Source: Actinomycetales bacterium
Lineage (GTDB): Bacteria > Actinomycetota > Actinomycetes > Actinomycetales > CAVURS01
Assembly: GCA_045807245.1 (NCBI GenBank)
Contig: JBJMHS010000067.1
Location: forward strand, 1 to 53,181
Length of the DNA stretch: 53,181 nt
Direction: 5' to 3'
Of this stretch, positions 1 through 10,600 are shown piece after piece. Position 1 is the stretch's first letter. Every line of letters starts with the position of its first letter. The position numbers and the translations under genes are program-made. Under the pieces are notes generated by a model, which saw only the letters and a list, made by a program, of their open reading frames with translations, was not told the DNA's origin and did not search any database.

Positions 1-791
1 ACTGGAAGGGCCGGTTCCGTACGCCGCTGGAGTCCTTCACCTCGACGCCGCGCCCGCTCGACGGGATTCCTCCGTTCGTGTGGCACGGCTCCATCCGCAG
101 TCCGGAGATCGCCGAACAGGCGGCGTACTACGGCGACGGCTTCTTCCACAACCACATCTTCTGGCCACCCGAGCACACCCAGCAGATGGTGGAGCTCTAC
201 CGTCGCCGGTTCGAGCACTACGGTCACGGCTCGGCCGACCAGGCCATCGTCGGCCTGGGCGGCCAGGTGTTCATGCGGGCCAACAGCCAGGACGCGGTCA
301 ACGAGTTCCGGCCGTACTTCGACAACGCCCCCGTCTATGGCCACGGCCCGTCGCTGGAGGAGTTCACCCGCGAGACCCCGTTGACGGTGGGCAGCCCCCA
401 GCAGGTGATCGAGCGGACGCTGGGCTTCCGGGAGTACGTCGGTGACTACCAGCGCCAGCTGTTCCTCGTCGACCACGCCGGACTGCCACTCACAACGGTG
501 CTCGAACAGCTCGACATCCTCGGCGAAGAGGTCGTGCCCGTGCTGCGCCGAGAGTTCGCCGCCCTCAAGCCGGCGCACGTGCCGGACGCACCGACGCATG
601 AGACCCTCGTCGCGGCCAAGGCGGCCAAGGCGGCCAAGGCGGCGAAGGCGAGCGCGCCGAGCGAGGAGGTGGTCCCGGTGCTGCGCAAGGAGTTCGCGGC
701 GCTGAAGCCCGCCCATGTCCCGGACGCCCCGACGCACGCCTCGCTCGTGGCGGCCGCCACCGCGACCCAGGAGGAGGTCCCGGTCCGATGA
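1..791 (+). CDS. LLM-class flavin-dependent oxidoreductase (CE1758-like), 5' truncated by window
   Basis: Frame is open from base 3 (WKGRFRTPLESFTSTPRPLDGIPPFVWHGSIRSPEIAEQAAYYGDGFFHN), typical of the actinobacterial luciferase-like family. ATGA overlap with the downstream FMN reductase. C-terminal ~31 aa duplicated. Confidence 0.9.
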   Translation, partial: WKGRFRTPLESFTSTPRPLDGIPPFVWHGSIRSPEIAEQAAYYGDGFFHNHIFWPPEHTQQMVELYRRRFEHYGHGSADQAIVGLGGQVFMRANSQDAVNEFRPYFDNAPVYGHGPSLEEFTRETPLTVGSPQQVIERTLGFREYVGDYQRQLFLVDHAGLPLTTVLEQLDILGEEVVPVLRREFAALKPAHVPDAPTHETLVAAKAAKAAKAAKASAPSEEVVPVLRKEFAALKPAHVPDAPTHASLVAAATATQEEVPVR

Positions 792-1405
792 CCGCCCGCC
801 GCATCGCCGTGGTCACGGCCGGCCTGTCCGTGCCGTCCTCGACCCGGCTGCTGGCCGACCGGCTCACCACGGCAGCGGTGGATGCCCTGCGCGAGCGCGG
901 CGTCACCACCACCGTCGAGGTCGTCGAGCTGCGCACGTACGCAAGAGACCTGGCGGACAACCTGGTCACCGGGTTCGCCAATGCGAGCCTGCGCGAGGCC
1001 GTCGACACCGTGACCGGCGCGGACGGTCTCATCGCCGTGACGCCGATCTTCTCCGCGTCGTACAGCGGGCTGTTCAAGACGTTCTTCGACGTGATCGACA
1101 AGGAGGCACTGACCGGCAAGCCGGTCCTTGTCGGTGCGACGGCCGGTACGCCGCGCCACTCCCTCGCGCTCGAGCACGCCCTGAGACCGCTGTTCACCTA
1201 CCTGCACGCGATCGTCGTACCGACGTCCGTCTTCGCGGCGGCTGAGGACTGGGGTGCGGGCGACGCGACCACTGGCCCGCTGGCCGAACGCATCGCCCGG
1301 GCCGCGGGCGAGCTGGCCGACCTGGTGACCCAGCGCTCCGCCGCGGCGCCGGCCGATCCGTTCGACAACCCGCCGTCGTTCGACGAGCTGCTCCGCGGCC
1401 TCTGA
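788..1405 (+). CDS. NADPH-dependent FMN reductase (CE1759-like)
   Basis: AGLSVPSSTRLLA, TPIFSASYSGLFKTFFD and GATAGTPRHSL motifs of flavodoxin-fold FMN reductases; coupled to the LLM gene. Confidence 0.9.
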   Translation: MTARRIAVVTAGLSVPSSTRLLADRLTTAAVDALRERGVTTTVEVVELRTYARDLADNLVTGFANASLREAVDTVTGADGLIAVTPIFSASYSGLFKTFFDVIDKEALTGKPVLVGATAGTPRHSLALEHALRPLFTYLHAIVVPTSVFAAAEDWGAGDATTGPLAERIARAAGELADLVTQRSAAAPADPFDNPPSFDELLRGL

Positions 1406-1519
1406 CCTCGTGGGGCCCGCCCCGGGCGACATGCACAACGGTCAGGATCGGGCCGGTAGAGCGGCGAAGCCGTCCTTCTGCATGTTGGTGGTACGAGCCA
1501 TGGGCCGGATACTCGGTCC

Positions 1520-2164
1520 GTGGACAAGGAATGCTGCGGCCGGCCGGGATACGACGCCACCTTCGACGACCGGTTCGCGCGGCGGCTGTCCCGCCGGTAC
1601 GCCAAGCGCGGCCTGACCAGGACGCAACAACGCCTGGTCGACTTCCTTACCGAGCACGGCCTCGCCGGCGCATCGGTCCTCGAGATCGGCGGGGGAGTCG
1701 GCGAGGTCCAGGTCGAGCTGCTGCGCCGCGGTGCTGGGCAGGTCACGAACACCGAGATCTCCACGAGCTACGAGGCGCGAGCGGCCGATCTGCTCGCCCA
1801 GGCCGGGCTCACGGAGCGGGTCGACCGACGGTTGGTCGACATCGCTGATGCGCCGGACCAGGTGGCCGCGGCCGACGTGGTCATCCTGCACCGGGTCGTG
1901 TGCTGCTACCCGCACTACGGGAAGCTGCTCTCGGCGGCCGGCAGCCATGCCCGCCGGCTGCTCGTGTTCTCCTACCCACCCGCTGGGCCGCTGACCCGGG
2001 CGATCATCCGGTGGGAGAACCTCGTGCGACGTCTGCGCGGCAACGAGTTCCGTTCGTACGTCCACCCACCTCGAGGCATGGTCGCCGTCCTGGAGGCGCA
2101 GGGTCTGCGCGCGACCTACCGACACCGCGGCTGGTCCTGGAACGTGGTCGGTCTCGAGCGCTGA
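1520..2164 (+). CDS. Class I SAM-dependent methyltransferase
   Basis: VLEIGGGVG motif I and a downstream DVVILHRVVCCYP motif. Confidence 0.8.
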   Translation: MDKECCGRPGYDATFDDRFARRLSRRYAKRGLTRTQQRLVDFLTEHGLAGASVLEIGGGVGEVQVELLRRGAGQVTNTEISTSYEARAADLLAQAGLTERVDRRLVDIADAPDQVAAADVVILHRVVCCYPHYGKLLSAAGSHARRLLVFSYPPAGPLTRAIIRWENLVRRLRGNEFRSYVHPPRGMVAVLEAQGLRATYRHRGWSWNVVGLER

Positions 2165-2239
2165 AGGCGCCAGCCGCGACGATTTCGTGAACGAGTGCCC
2201 GCAAATTCCGGGCACATGCTCACGAAGTCCTCGGGCGGT

Positions 2240-2265
2240 TGTCGATCTGCGCCATCCTGTCCGTC
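2240..2265 (+). promoter_or_regulatory. ECF42-type promoter (TGTCGA-N16-CGTC)
   Basis: TGTCGA at 2240-2245 and CGTC at 2262-2265, upstream of the YciI/ECF42 operon. Matches the ECF42 promoter consensus as I recall it. Confidence 0.7.
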
Positions 2266-2325
2266 GGGATGATGAGGGCCCACACAGGTCCCGTACCCAG
2301 GCGAGTCACCTGAAGGAGCACCGAG

Positions 2326-2676
2326 ATGGCGGAGTACCTGATCCTGATCTACGAGGACGAGGCGAGCTACGCCGCGGCGACGCCGGAGCAGTGGGCGCAG
2401 ATAGGACAGGCGCACACTCGGTTCGCCGAGCAGATCGCCGAGCTGGGCGCGACCATGCTGGGCGGCAACGCGCTGCAGTCGACCCAGACGGCCACGTCCG
2501 TGCGCGACGACGTCGTGACCGATGGCCCGTTCGCGGAGACGAAGGAGGCGCTCGGTGGGTACTACCTGATCGAGGCGGCCGATCTCGACCAGGCCTTGGC
2601 AGTCGCCAAGCTCTGCCCGGCGCGCTTCGGCGGCGTCGAGGTGCGGCCGGTCATGGATGCCAGCCAGTTCAGCTGA
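2326..2676 (+). CDS. YciI/DGPF-domain protein
   Basis: VTDGPFAETKEALGGYYLIEA signature; AAGGAG RBS. Confidence 0.92.
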   Translation: MAEYLILIYEDEASYAAATPEQWAQIGQAHTRFAEQIAELGATMLGGNALQSTQTATSVRDDVVTDGPFAETKEALGGYYLIEAADLDQALAVAKLCPARFGGVEVRPVMDASQFS

Positions 2677-3934
2677 GACCGTCCGCGCCGCGGTCGCGGC
2701 GGCCTACCGCGATGAGTGGGCTTTCGTCCTCGCGGCGACCGCGCGGACGACCCGCGACCTCGACCTGGCCGAGGAGTGCGCGGCTGAGGCCTTCAGCATC
2801 GCGCTGACGACCTGGGTCCGTGACGGCGTGCCGCGCTCACCGGGGGCCTGGCTCACGACCACGGCGAGACGGCGCGCCATCGACCAGCTCCGTCGCGAGC
2901 GCACCCTGCGGGGCAAGCTGCCCCTGCTCGTCGACCCCGAGACCGGCACGTCGCTGGACGCCCAAGGACCCGACGGCACCGACCAGGGGGACTGGGAAGA
3001 GGACCCCGTGATCCCGGACGACCGGCTCCGCCTCGTCTTCACCTGCTGTCACCCCGCGCTGGCGCGTGAGGCTCAGATCGCGCTGACGCTGCGACTGGTC
3101 TGCGGACTGAGTACGCCGGAGATCGCCCGGGCGTTCCTGGTGTCCGAGCCGACCATGGCTGCGCGGGTGACGAGGGCCAAGAAGAAGATCGCGGCGGCGC
3201 GCATCCCTTACCGGGTGCCGGAGTCGGCCGAGCTCCCCGACCGGTTGGACGCGGTGCTGACGGTCGTCCATCTACTGTTCACCACCGGCCACACCGCGCC
3301 GGCCGGGGGCCAGCTGGTGCGCGACGAGCTGGTCGAGCGAGCGCTCTCCCTGGGCCGGATGCTCGCCTTCCTCATGCCGGACGAGCGCGAGGTGACCGGC
3401 CTGCTGGCCCTGATGCTGATCACGCACGCCCGGCGGGGCTCGCGGCTCCACGACGGCCAGCTGGTCCTGCTCGAGGACCAGGACCGCTCGCTCTGGGACC
3501 ACGACCTGGTCGAGCAGGGCCACGAGCTCGTGGTGCAGGCGGTCAGGGGTCGCCATCCAGGCCGGTTCGCGCTGCAGGCGGCGATCGCCGCGCTGCACGG
3601 CCAGGCCCCGTCGTGGGAGGAGACGGACTGGCGGCAGATCCTCGGCCTGTACAACCTGCTCGTGCTGGTCTGGCCGTCGCCCGTCGTGGCGCTCAACCGG
3701 GCCGTGGCCGTGTCCATGGTGCATGGGCCTGAGGCCGCGCTCGCGGACCTGCGCAGCATCGAGGACGGCGGCCGGCTCGCGTCGTACCACTACCTGCCGG
3801 CGGCGAAGGCCGACTTCCTGCGCCGGCTCGGCCGCGTCGACGAGGCCCGCACGGCGTACGCAGAGGCGCTGGCGCTGGTGGGCAACGAACCGGAACGCGC
3901 GTTCCTGGCCGGACGGCTCGCGGCCCTGGACTGA
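2657..3934 (+). CDS. ECF42-type sigma factor with C-terminal TPR-like extension
   Basis: Sigma region 2 (DLDLAEECAAEAF...WLTTTARRRAID), DDRLRLVFTCCHPAL, region 4, and a LEDQDRSLWD TPR-like tail; adjacent to the DGPF gene. Confidence 0.9.
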   Translation: MPASSAETVRAAVAAAYRDEWAFVLAATARTTRDLDLAEECAAEAFSIALTTWVRDGVPRSPGAWLTTTARRRAIDQLRRERTLRGKLPLLVDPETGTSLDAQGPDGTDQGDWEEDPVIPDDRLRLVFTCCHPALAREAQIALTLRLVCGLSTPEIARAFLVSEPTMAARVTRAKKKIAAARIPYRVPESAELPDRLDAVLTVVHLLFTTGHTAPAGGQLVRDELVERALSLGRMLAFLMPDEREVTGLLALMLITHARRGSRLHDGQLVLLEDQDRSLWDHDLVEQGHELVVQAVRGRHPGRFALQAAIAALHGQAPSWEETDWRQILGLYNLLVLVWPSPVVALNRAVAVSMVHGPEAALADLRSIEDGGRLASYHYLPAAKADFLRRLGRVDEARTAYAEALALVGNEPERAFLAGRLAALD

Positions 3935-3952
3935 ACGCCCGAGCCGCAGGGT

Positions 3953-4567
3953 TCATCGGCAGATCGTGCGCTCGATCGCCGCGGTCAGCCATCGGGTCGT
4001 GTCCGCGAGGGACAGCCCCCGGTCGGTGTACAGCGCGTCGAAGCTGTCGAAGCTGCACAGCAGCCACAACACGTCCGTCGCCTCGGCCTCCGAGACGTCG
4101 TCGCGCAGCTCGCCCTCCTCGGCCAGGTGCTTGGCCACGAAGGCCATGCCGCCGCGCCGCTCCTCGTCCATCGTCTGGACCGCGCCACCGACGGACTCGG
4201 GGTCGAGCTTGGCCATCGAGTGCAGCACGCGGTAGATGTCCCGGTCGCGCGCGAGCATCCGGCTGGCGGCCGCCACGCCTTCCCGCAGATGAGTCCGCGC
4301 GTCGCTGCTCGCGACCGCCGCGGTGAGCTCCGCGATCCCGGTGCGCGCCCACAGGTCCTTGGTGAATGCGTCGAAGAGCCCGGCCCGTGACCCGAACACC
4401 GTGTAGATCGTCGACCGCGCGACCTTGGCGATCCGGGCCACCTGGTCCAGGCTCAGCGGTTCAGTCGGTGCCTCGCGGAGTCGCTGCGAGACGGCATCCA
4501 GGATGCGCCGCCGAGTCTCCTCGGCGGACTCGGCGCGCAGGTGCTGCTGGTACTTCCTCGTGGCCAT
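3953..4567 (-). CDS. TetR/AcrR family regulator
   Basis: N-terminal HTH (SLDQVARIAKVARSTIYTVFGSRAGL); divergent from the monooxygenase. Confidence 0.9.
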   Translation of the reverse strand: MATRKYQQHLRAESAEETRRRILDAVSQRLREAPTEPLSLDQVARIAKVARSTIYTVFGSRAGLFDAFTKDLWARTGIAELTAAVASSDARTHLREGVAAASRMLARDRDIYRVLHSMAKLDPESVGGAVQTMDEERRGGMAFVAKHLAEEGELRDDVSEAEATDVLWLLCSFDSFDALYTDRGLSLADTTRWLTAAIERTICR

Positions 4568-4586
4568 GCCGCCACTTTGTCATATT

Positions 4587-4626
4587 TCAATCGACACGTT
4601 GACTTTTGAAAGACGTTCTGTAGTCT
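4587..4626 (+). promoter_or_regulatory. SigA-type promoter with candidate TetR operators
   Basis: TTGACT (4599-4604)-N16-TAGTCT (4621-4626) in an AT-rich divergent spacer, overlapped by palindromes TCAA-N8-TTGA (4587-4602) and AGAC-N8-GTCT (4611-4626). Confidence 0.6.
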
Positions 4627-4636
4627 GAACGACAAT

Positions 4637-6259
4637 GTGTCCGATGAAATGGAGCCGCGGATGTCCCTTCGTCCTACCTACCCGGTCGTCGTGGTCGGGG
4701 CCGGCCCGGCCGGTCTGGCCGTTGCCGTCAGCCTGGCTCGGCAGGGGGTCGAGTGCTTGGTCGTGGAGCGCCGTCGCCAGGGCTCCGAGCTGCCACGGGC
4801 CACGGTGCTGAGCCTGCGCACCATGGAGGTGCTGCGCTCCTGGGGCCTCGAGGAGCGGATCCTCGACGGCGCCGACGACGTCGAGATGGCCATGCTGGAA
4901 ACGGTCACCGCGGCCGACGCCGCGAACGGCACCAGGTACGACGTCGGCTATCCGACGGCGGCCCAGAGCGCGGTGGTCAGCCCCACCCGGGTGGCGTGCG
5001 TCGCCCAGGACCACCTCGAGGCCGTGTTGTTCGACCACCTGGCCTCGCTCCCGGCGGCGACCGTCCTGCGGGGCGCCGAGGCGATGCGACTACGGAACCG
5101 CTCCGGCCGAACCCAGGTGACGCTGGAGGACGGCTCCGGCCGCCGCCGTACCGTCCGGGCGACTCACGTCGTCGCTGCCGACGGGGTGAAGAGCCGGATC
5201 AGGTCCGAGCTCGGGATCGAGATGGTGGGGCGGGAGGGCATCTTCCACGGCGCGATGGTCGAGTTTCGCGCGCCGCTCTGGGATGTGCTGGGGGAGCACC
5301 GGTACGGCGTGTACGCCATCACCCATCCACAGGGCAGCGGCGTCCTGCTGCCGGCCGGCCAGGGCGACCGCTGGCTGTTTGCCGTCGAGTGGGACCGCGA
5401 AGCGCGACCGGTGAACGCGGAGACCGACGCCCGCCTCCGCCGGCATATCGAGGCCGCATCGGGCCAGGCCGGGATCGACGTCAGGATGGAACGCGACTTG
5501 TGGTTCTCGACCGGCGCGCAGGTGGCGCAGCGGTTCAGCCAGGGCAACGTCTTCCTGGTCGGCGACTCCGCTCACCGGGTCACGCCGCGTGGCGGCACGG
5601 GTCTGAACACCGCCTTCGCGAGCGGATGCGACCTGGGCTGGAAGCTGGCCTGGGTGCATCGCGGATGGGCCGGGTCGGAGCTGCTCGCCACGTACGAGCT
5701 CGAGCGGCGGCCCCAGGCCGAGCACAACGTCATCCGCTCCGCCGACCCGTTCGGGTCGCGACGGGAGGTCATCACCGAGATGCAGGTCGACCTCGCGGGC
5801 CGGGTCCGGCACGAGTGGCTGGTCGACCCGGGTACGGGCGAGCCTCGACGGTCGACGCTCGATCTCGTGGCGGACGGCCTGACGCTGTTCACCGGACCGC
5901 AGTCGAGGGACTGGTCGACGGCCGCAGCCACGGTGGCGGTGGATGTACCCGTCACCGTGGTGGCTCTCCCATCGGTGCCCGCACGTGCTCTCGGCATCGC
6001 AAGCTCGGGAGCATTGCTGGTCCGGCCGGATGCCCTACCGGTCGCGTCCTGGTCTGCGCCGTTCGCCGCCGATGTCCAGCTGTCCCAGGCGGTCGGCGCG
6101 CTCACCGGACGCCCCTCGCGCCAGCTGGCGGTCGACGAGCAGCCGATGGTGTGGGCGCACCTGGGTGGCCTGGCGCCGGTGGTCGACCCACGGGCTGCGG
6201 TCCACTACGGAAAAACGCGTACGGCGGACGGCTCCGCTGACGGCAGACTGACCGGGTGA
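4637..6259 (+). CDS. FAD-dependent monooxygenase (aromatic hydroxylase family)
   Basis: VVVVGAGPAGL FAD-binding motif, VAADG, FLVGDSAH..TPRGGTGLN, DLGWKLA. Confidence 0.9.
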   Translation: MSDEMEPRMSLRPTYPVVVVGAGPAGLAVAVSLARQGVECLVVERRRQGSELPRATVLSLRTMEVLRSWGLEERILDGADDVEMAMLETVTAADAANGTRYDVGYPTAAQSAVVSPTRVACVAQDHLEAVLFDHLASLPAATVLRGAEAMRLRNRSGRTQVTLEDGSGRRRTVRATHVVAADGVKSRIRSELGIEMVGREGIFHGAMVEFRAPLWDVLGEHRYGVYAITHPQGSGVLLPAGQGDRWLFAVEWDREARPVNAETDARLRRHIEAASGQAGIDVRMERDLWFSTGAQVAQRFSQGNVFLVGDSAHRVTPRGGTGLNTAFASGCDLGWKLAWVHRGWAGSELLATYELERRPQAEHNVIRSADPFGSRREVITEMQVDLAGRVRHEWLVDPGTGEPRRSTLDLVADGLTLFTGPQSRDWSTAAATVAVDVPVTVVALPSVPARALGIASSGALLVRPDALPVASWSAPFAADVQLSQAVGALTGRPSRQLAVDEQPMVWAHLGGLAPVVDPRAAVHYGKTRTADGSADGRLTG

Positions 6260-7098
6260 GCGACTACGGCGGGGTCAACCGGCAGATGTGGGACGAGCGG
6301 GCACCGGCGCACGCGGCTTCTCCCGGGTACTCGGTCGACCGGTTCGCCGACGACCCCGAGTTCCTCTCGTACGTCGTGCAGTTCGACCGGCCGCGCCTCG
6401 GGGACCTGACCGGGCTGCGCGGCGTGCACCTCCAGTGCCACATCGGCACCGACACCGTGTCGCTGGCCCGGCTGGGGGCACAGATGACCGGGCTGGACTT
6501 CTCGCCGGTCGCGCTGACCGAGGCGAAGCGGATCGCTGAGGTTGCGGGCGTCACCGTCGACTTCGTCGAGGCCGACACGTACGACGCGGTCTCGGTCCTG
6601 GGCGCTGGTCGGTTCGACCTCGTGTTCACCGGCGTCGGCGCGTTGTGCTGGCTGCCGGACGTCAGGCGCTGGGCCTCGGTCGTGGCCGAACTGCTCGCGC
6701 CCGGCGGGCGCCTGTTCGTCCGCGAGGGCCATCCCATGCTGTGGGCCTTGGACGATGTGCGCGACGACGGGCTGCTCGTCGTGCGCTACCCGTACTTCGA
6801 GACGGCCGAGCCCATGGCGTTCACCGAGGAGGGCACGTACGTCGAGACCGACGTGACTTTCGTGCACAACACGTCGTACAGCTGGAACCACGGGCTGGGC
6901 CAGATCGTGTCCGCGCTGTTGGAGCACGGGTTGGTGCTCACCGAGCTGGTGGAGCACGACTCCGTCCCGTGGGAGGGCCTGCCCGGTCTGATGGTCCGGG
7001 ACGACGCGACGGAGGAGTACTACCTGCGCGAGCATCGCGAGCGCGTTCCTCTGACCTACACGTTGCAGGCGGTGAAGCCGCAGTCCTCTGGGAGCTAG
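6256..7098 (+). CDS. Class I SAM-dependent methyltransferase
   Basis: VHLQCHIGTDT motif I variant, GLDFS, FDLVFTG; GTGA overlap with the monooxygenase. Confidence 0.88.
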   Translation: MSDYGGVNRQMWDERAPAHAASPGYSVDRFADDPEFLSYVVQFDRPRLGDLTGLRGVHLQCHIGTDTVSLARLGAQMTGLDFSPVALTEAKRIAEVAGVTVDFVEADTYDAVSVLGAGRFDLVFTGVGALCWLPDVRRWASVVAELLAPGGRLFVREGHPMLWALDDVRDDGLLVVRYPYFETAEPMAFTEEGTYVETDVTFVHNTSYSWNHGLGQIVSALLEHGLVLTELVEHDSVPWEGLPGLMVRDDATEEYYLREHRERVPLTYTLQAVKPQSSGS

Positions 7099-7158
7099 CC
7101 TCGATGCCGTGGCGAGCAGTCGCCATTGTGTTGACCCGTTCCCAGATCGAGGAGTGAC

Positions 7159-7599
7159 ATGGCGATTCGTTCGGCGCACACCGCTTGGACCGGCACGTTG
7201 CAGGAAGGATCAGGTCACGTCGAGCTCACGAGCTCCGGAGCCGGTTCGTACGACGTGTCGTTCCCGAAACGCACCGCCGACGAGGCGGGCGGCACGACGA
7301 GCCCCGAGGAGCTCATCGCAGCGGCGCACTCGTCGTGCTTCGCGATGCAGATGTCCGGCAACATCGCCGCCGCCGGTGGCACGCCTCAGACGCTTGACGT
7401 CACGGCCGACGTCCGGCTCGGACCGGACCCGGCCGGCGGCCTGCGGATCAAGGCGATCAAGCTGACCGTCCGCGGGACCGTCGAGGGCTTGGACGAGGAC
7501 GGCTTCAAGGCAGCGGCCGAGGGCGCGAAGGCCGGCTGCCCGGTCAGCAAGGCGCTCGCCGGCGTGGACGAGATCACCTTGGACGTCGCGCTGGCCTGA
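7159..7599 (+). CDS. osmC: OsmC family peroxiredoxin
   Basis: TSPEELIAAAHSSCFAM and GCPVSKAL motifs; GAGGAG RBS. Confidence 0.93.
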   Translation: MAIRSAHTAWTGTLQEGSGHVELTSSGAGSYDVSFPKRTADEAGGTTSPEELIAAAHSSCFAMQMSGNIAAAGGTPQTLDVTADVRLGPDPAGGLRIKAIKLTVRGTVEGLDEDGFKAAAEGAKAGCPVSKALAGVDEITLDVALA

Positions 7600-7675
7600 C
7601 GTTCGTGAACCGGGCCTGAACGCAGTGCGGCCGGTCGGCAGCTGCGGTTGCCACCCGCCGGTCGCCGGGTCTTGG

Positions 7676-10600
7676 ATGCGGTTCATGGCCAATCGCGCGC
7701 GCCGGGTCGTCGTCGTCATCACCACCGCGGGAGCGATGGCCCTCGGGTACGGCTCGGTAGCGGGAGGAACTGCGGGTGCGACGGTCGCCGCGCCGGCCGC
7801 GCTCCCTTCGGGGGCGGCGCCGGACGGCCCGGGGTCCTCCTCGCACTTCGACCTGGCTCGCAAGGACTGCCTGGGGACGGCCAGGAACACCTCGTCCAAG
7901 GTCTGGTACACGGTCGCGAACGGCGTGCTGTCCGACGTGTACGGCCCGACCATCGACACGACGAACGTCGAGACACTGCAGTACGTCGTGACCGACGGCT
8001 CGACCTTCACCGACCTGCAGTCGCGGGACATGACGTACACCGTCAGGTCGACCGACCAGGCAGGCATGAGCTGCCAGGTGACGAGCACCGGCAAGGGCGC
8101 GCCGTACCAGCTGGTGACCGACTACGTCACCGACCCTGCCCGCGACAGCGTGGTCATGCACACGCGGCTCGTCACCTCGACACCCGGCCTGAAGGTCTAC
8201 GTGCGATACGACGCGACGGTGAACGGCAACGGCGGCGGCGGCAGCACCAACGGCGGCGGTGACAACGCGTCGGTCGACCCCACCACGACGGCGCTCGTCT
8301 CCTCCGACACCGACCCGACGACCAATGCGGTGAACCGGACGTATGCCGGTCCGGTGTTCGCCGCCCTGCGCGCCGACCGCCCGTTCCTGGCCGAGACGAG
8401 CGGCTACGTCGGGACACCGTCGGACGGGCTGCCCCAGCTGGACGCCGGTCACGCGCTCACGACGACCTATGCGACCGCGTCCGACGGCAACGTCGTGCAG
8501 ACCGGGCTGGTCGACACGCGACACAAGGGCGAGTTCACCTTGGCGCTCGGCCTGGCCACGACGGAGTCGGCTGCGATCACGGCGGCTGGTGGCAGCGCGC
8601 ACGCGGCCTTCACCACGACGGCGAGCGCGTACGCCAAGACCTGGTCGTCGTACGACGCCAAGCTCAAGGCACCTCCGACGCACATCGCCGGGCTCACCGC
8701 TGCGCAGACGGCGCGCGTGCGCGCGGCCTACTGGCTGTCGGTCAACGTCGTGAAGGCGAGCGAGGACAAGACCTTCCCCGGGGCCATCGTGGCCTCGTTG
8801 GCCAGCCCGTGGGGTCAGGCCGTCGACGCGGGTGCCACGCCGGGCGACCAGCCGGTGTACTTCGGCAGCTATCGCGAGGTGTTCTCCCGCGACCTCTACG
8901 AGGCGTTCACCGGGCTGCTGTCGGCGGGTGACGTCAGTACGGCGCGCGCGGCGACGCGCTTCTTGTTCGAGCACCAGCAGCTCGCCGACGGCCGGATGCC
9001 GCGCAACTCGCTGGTCAACGGCGCCAAGGCGCCGGACACGGGCGGCGACCAGCTGGACGAGACGTCGTACCCGATCCTGATGGCTCTGCAGTCGGGCCTG
9101 GACCACGACGCCGCTCTGTACGCCGACCACATCAAGCAGGCGGCCGACTTCGTCGTGGCGCACGGCCCGTCGTTCGGGTCCGACCGCTGGGAGGAGCAAG
9201 GCGGCTACTCGCCCTCGACCATCGCGGCGGAGATCGCCGGGCTGGTCGCCGCGGGCCGGATCGCGGACGAGCAGGGCGACCATCCGTCGGCGCGGGTCTA
9301 TCGCGCGACCGCGGACCAGTTCCAGCGCAGCATCAAGGGCTGGACCGTGACAACGACCGGTCCGTACGCGGCCGGGCGCTACTTCATCCGGCTGTCCAAG
9401 ACGGGCGACCCGGACGCGGCGGTCAGCTACGGCCTCGGCAACGGCTCGGTCACCGCCGACCAGCGGGCGGTCGTCGACGCCGGCTTCCTCGAGCTGGTCC
9501 GGCTCGGCGAGCTGTCGGCGAGCGACCCCGACGTCCAGGCATCGCTGGGTGTGGTGGACACCGTGATCTCGCGGTCCACCGACTCCGGGACCGGCTTCTA
9601 CCGTTACGGCACCGACCAGGCGGGCAGCGAGGACGGCTACGGCGACTGCTACGAGCCCGACGCGACGAGCTGCTCGCCGACCGGTGCGCCGTGGCCGACG
9701 ACCAACAGCGGCTCGGGGCACCTCTGGCCGGTTCTGGGCGGCGAGCGGGCCGAGTACGACCTGGCCAGTGGTGACACGGGCTCGGCGGCGACCTTGCTGC
9801 GCACCATGGACGCGATGTCGTCGGGCATCGGGCTGGTGCCCGAACAGGCGTGGGAGGACCCGGACCTGCCGGCGTCGGCGTTCGGGTCGGACCCGGCGAC
9901 GGCCTCGATCGGTTTCGTCAACGGTCGGGCGGCCGGTTCGGCATCGCCGCTCACCTGGGCCCAGGCGCAGGAGGCCCGGCTGGTGCGCTCGCTCGCTGTC
10001 GGGTCGCCGGTCGAGCAGCCGTCCGCTGTGCGCGCTCGCTACGCGGGTGGGGCGGTGGACGAGGTCCCGATCTCGATCACGTCGCCGGCTGACGGCACCA
10101 CGGTCGGCGCGGCAACGACGACAGTGAGCGGTACGACGCAGCCGGGCGCTCGCGTCGACGTGGCGGCGACGCCGACCGACACCGGAGGTGGGACGGCAAC
10201 CAGCACGGTCCGCGCGGGCGCGGGCGGCAGCTGGTCGGTCGACGTCCCGACGCCGCTGGGGACGACCGTGATCACGGCAGCCGCGCTGCTGAACGGTGAC
10301 ACCGGGTATGCCCGGACGACGGTGGTCTCGACGTTCGTCAACGGCAGCACCGTGCTCGACGTCACGGACCCGTCAGGCGACGACAACGGGCCGGGGACGT
10401 TCACCTATCCGACGTCCGGCGACTTCCACCCCGGGGCGTTCGACCTGTTGCGGTTCCAGGTGTTCGACACCGGCAGCGACATCGTGCTGCAGGCACACCT
10501 GCGAGACCTCACGCCGACGTTCGGGTCGCCGCTGGGCGCACAGCTGCTCGACGTGCTGGTGCGCGACCCATCGGCGTCGCCGTCGTCGACCGCAGCACCT

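Noticed and set aside
7574..9721. Long antisense ORFs here and elsewhere (e.g. 15654-18077, 28497-30302, 35712-37955)
   Set aside because: Expected shadow frames in high-GC coding DNA; they overlap well-supported genes and lack motifs.
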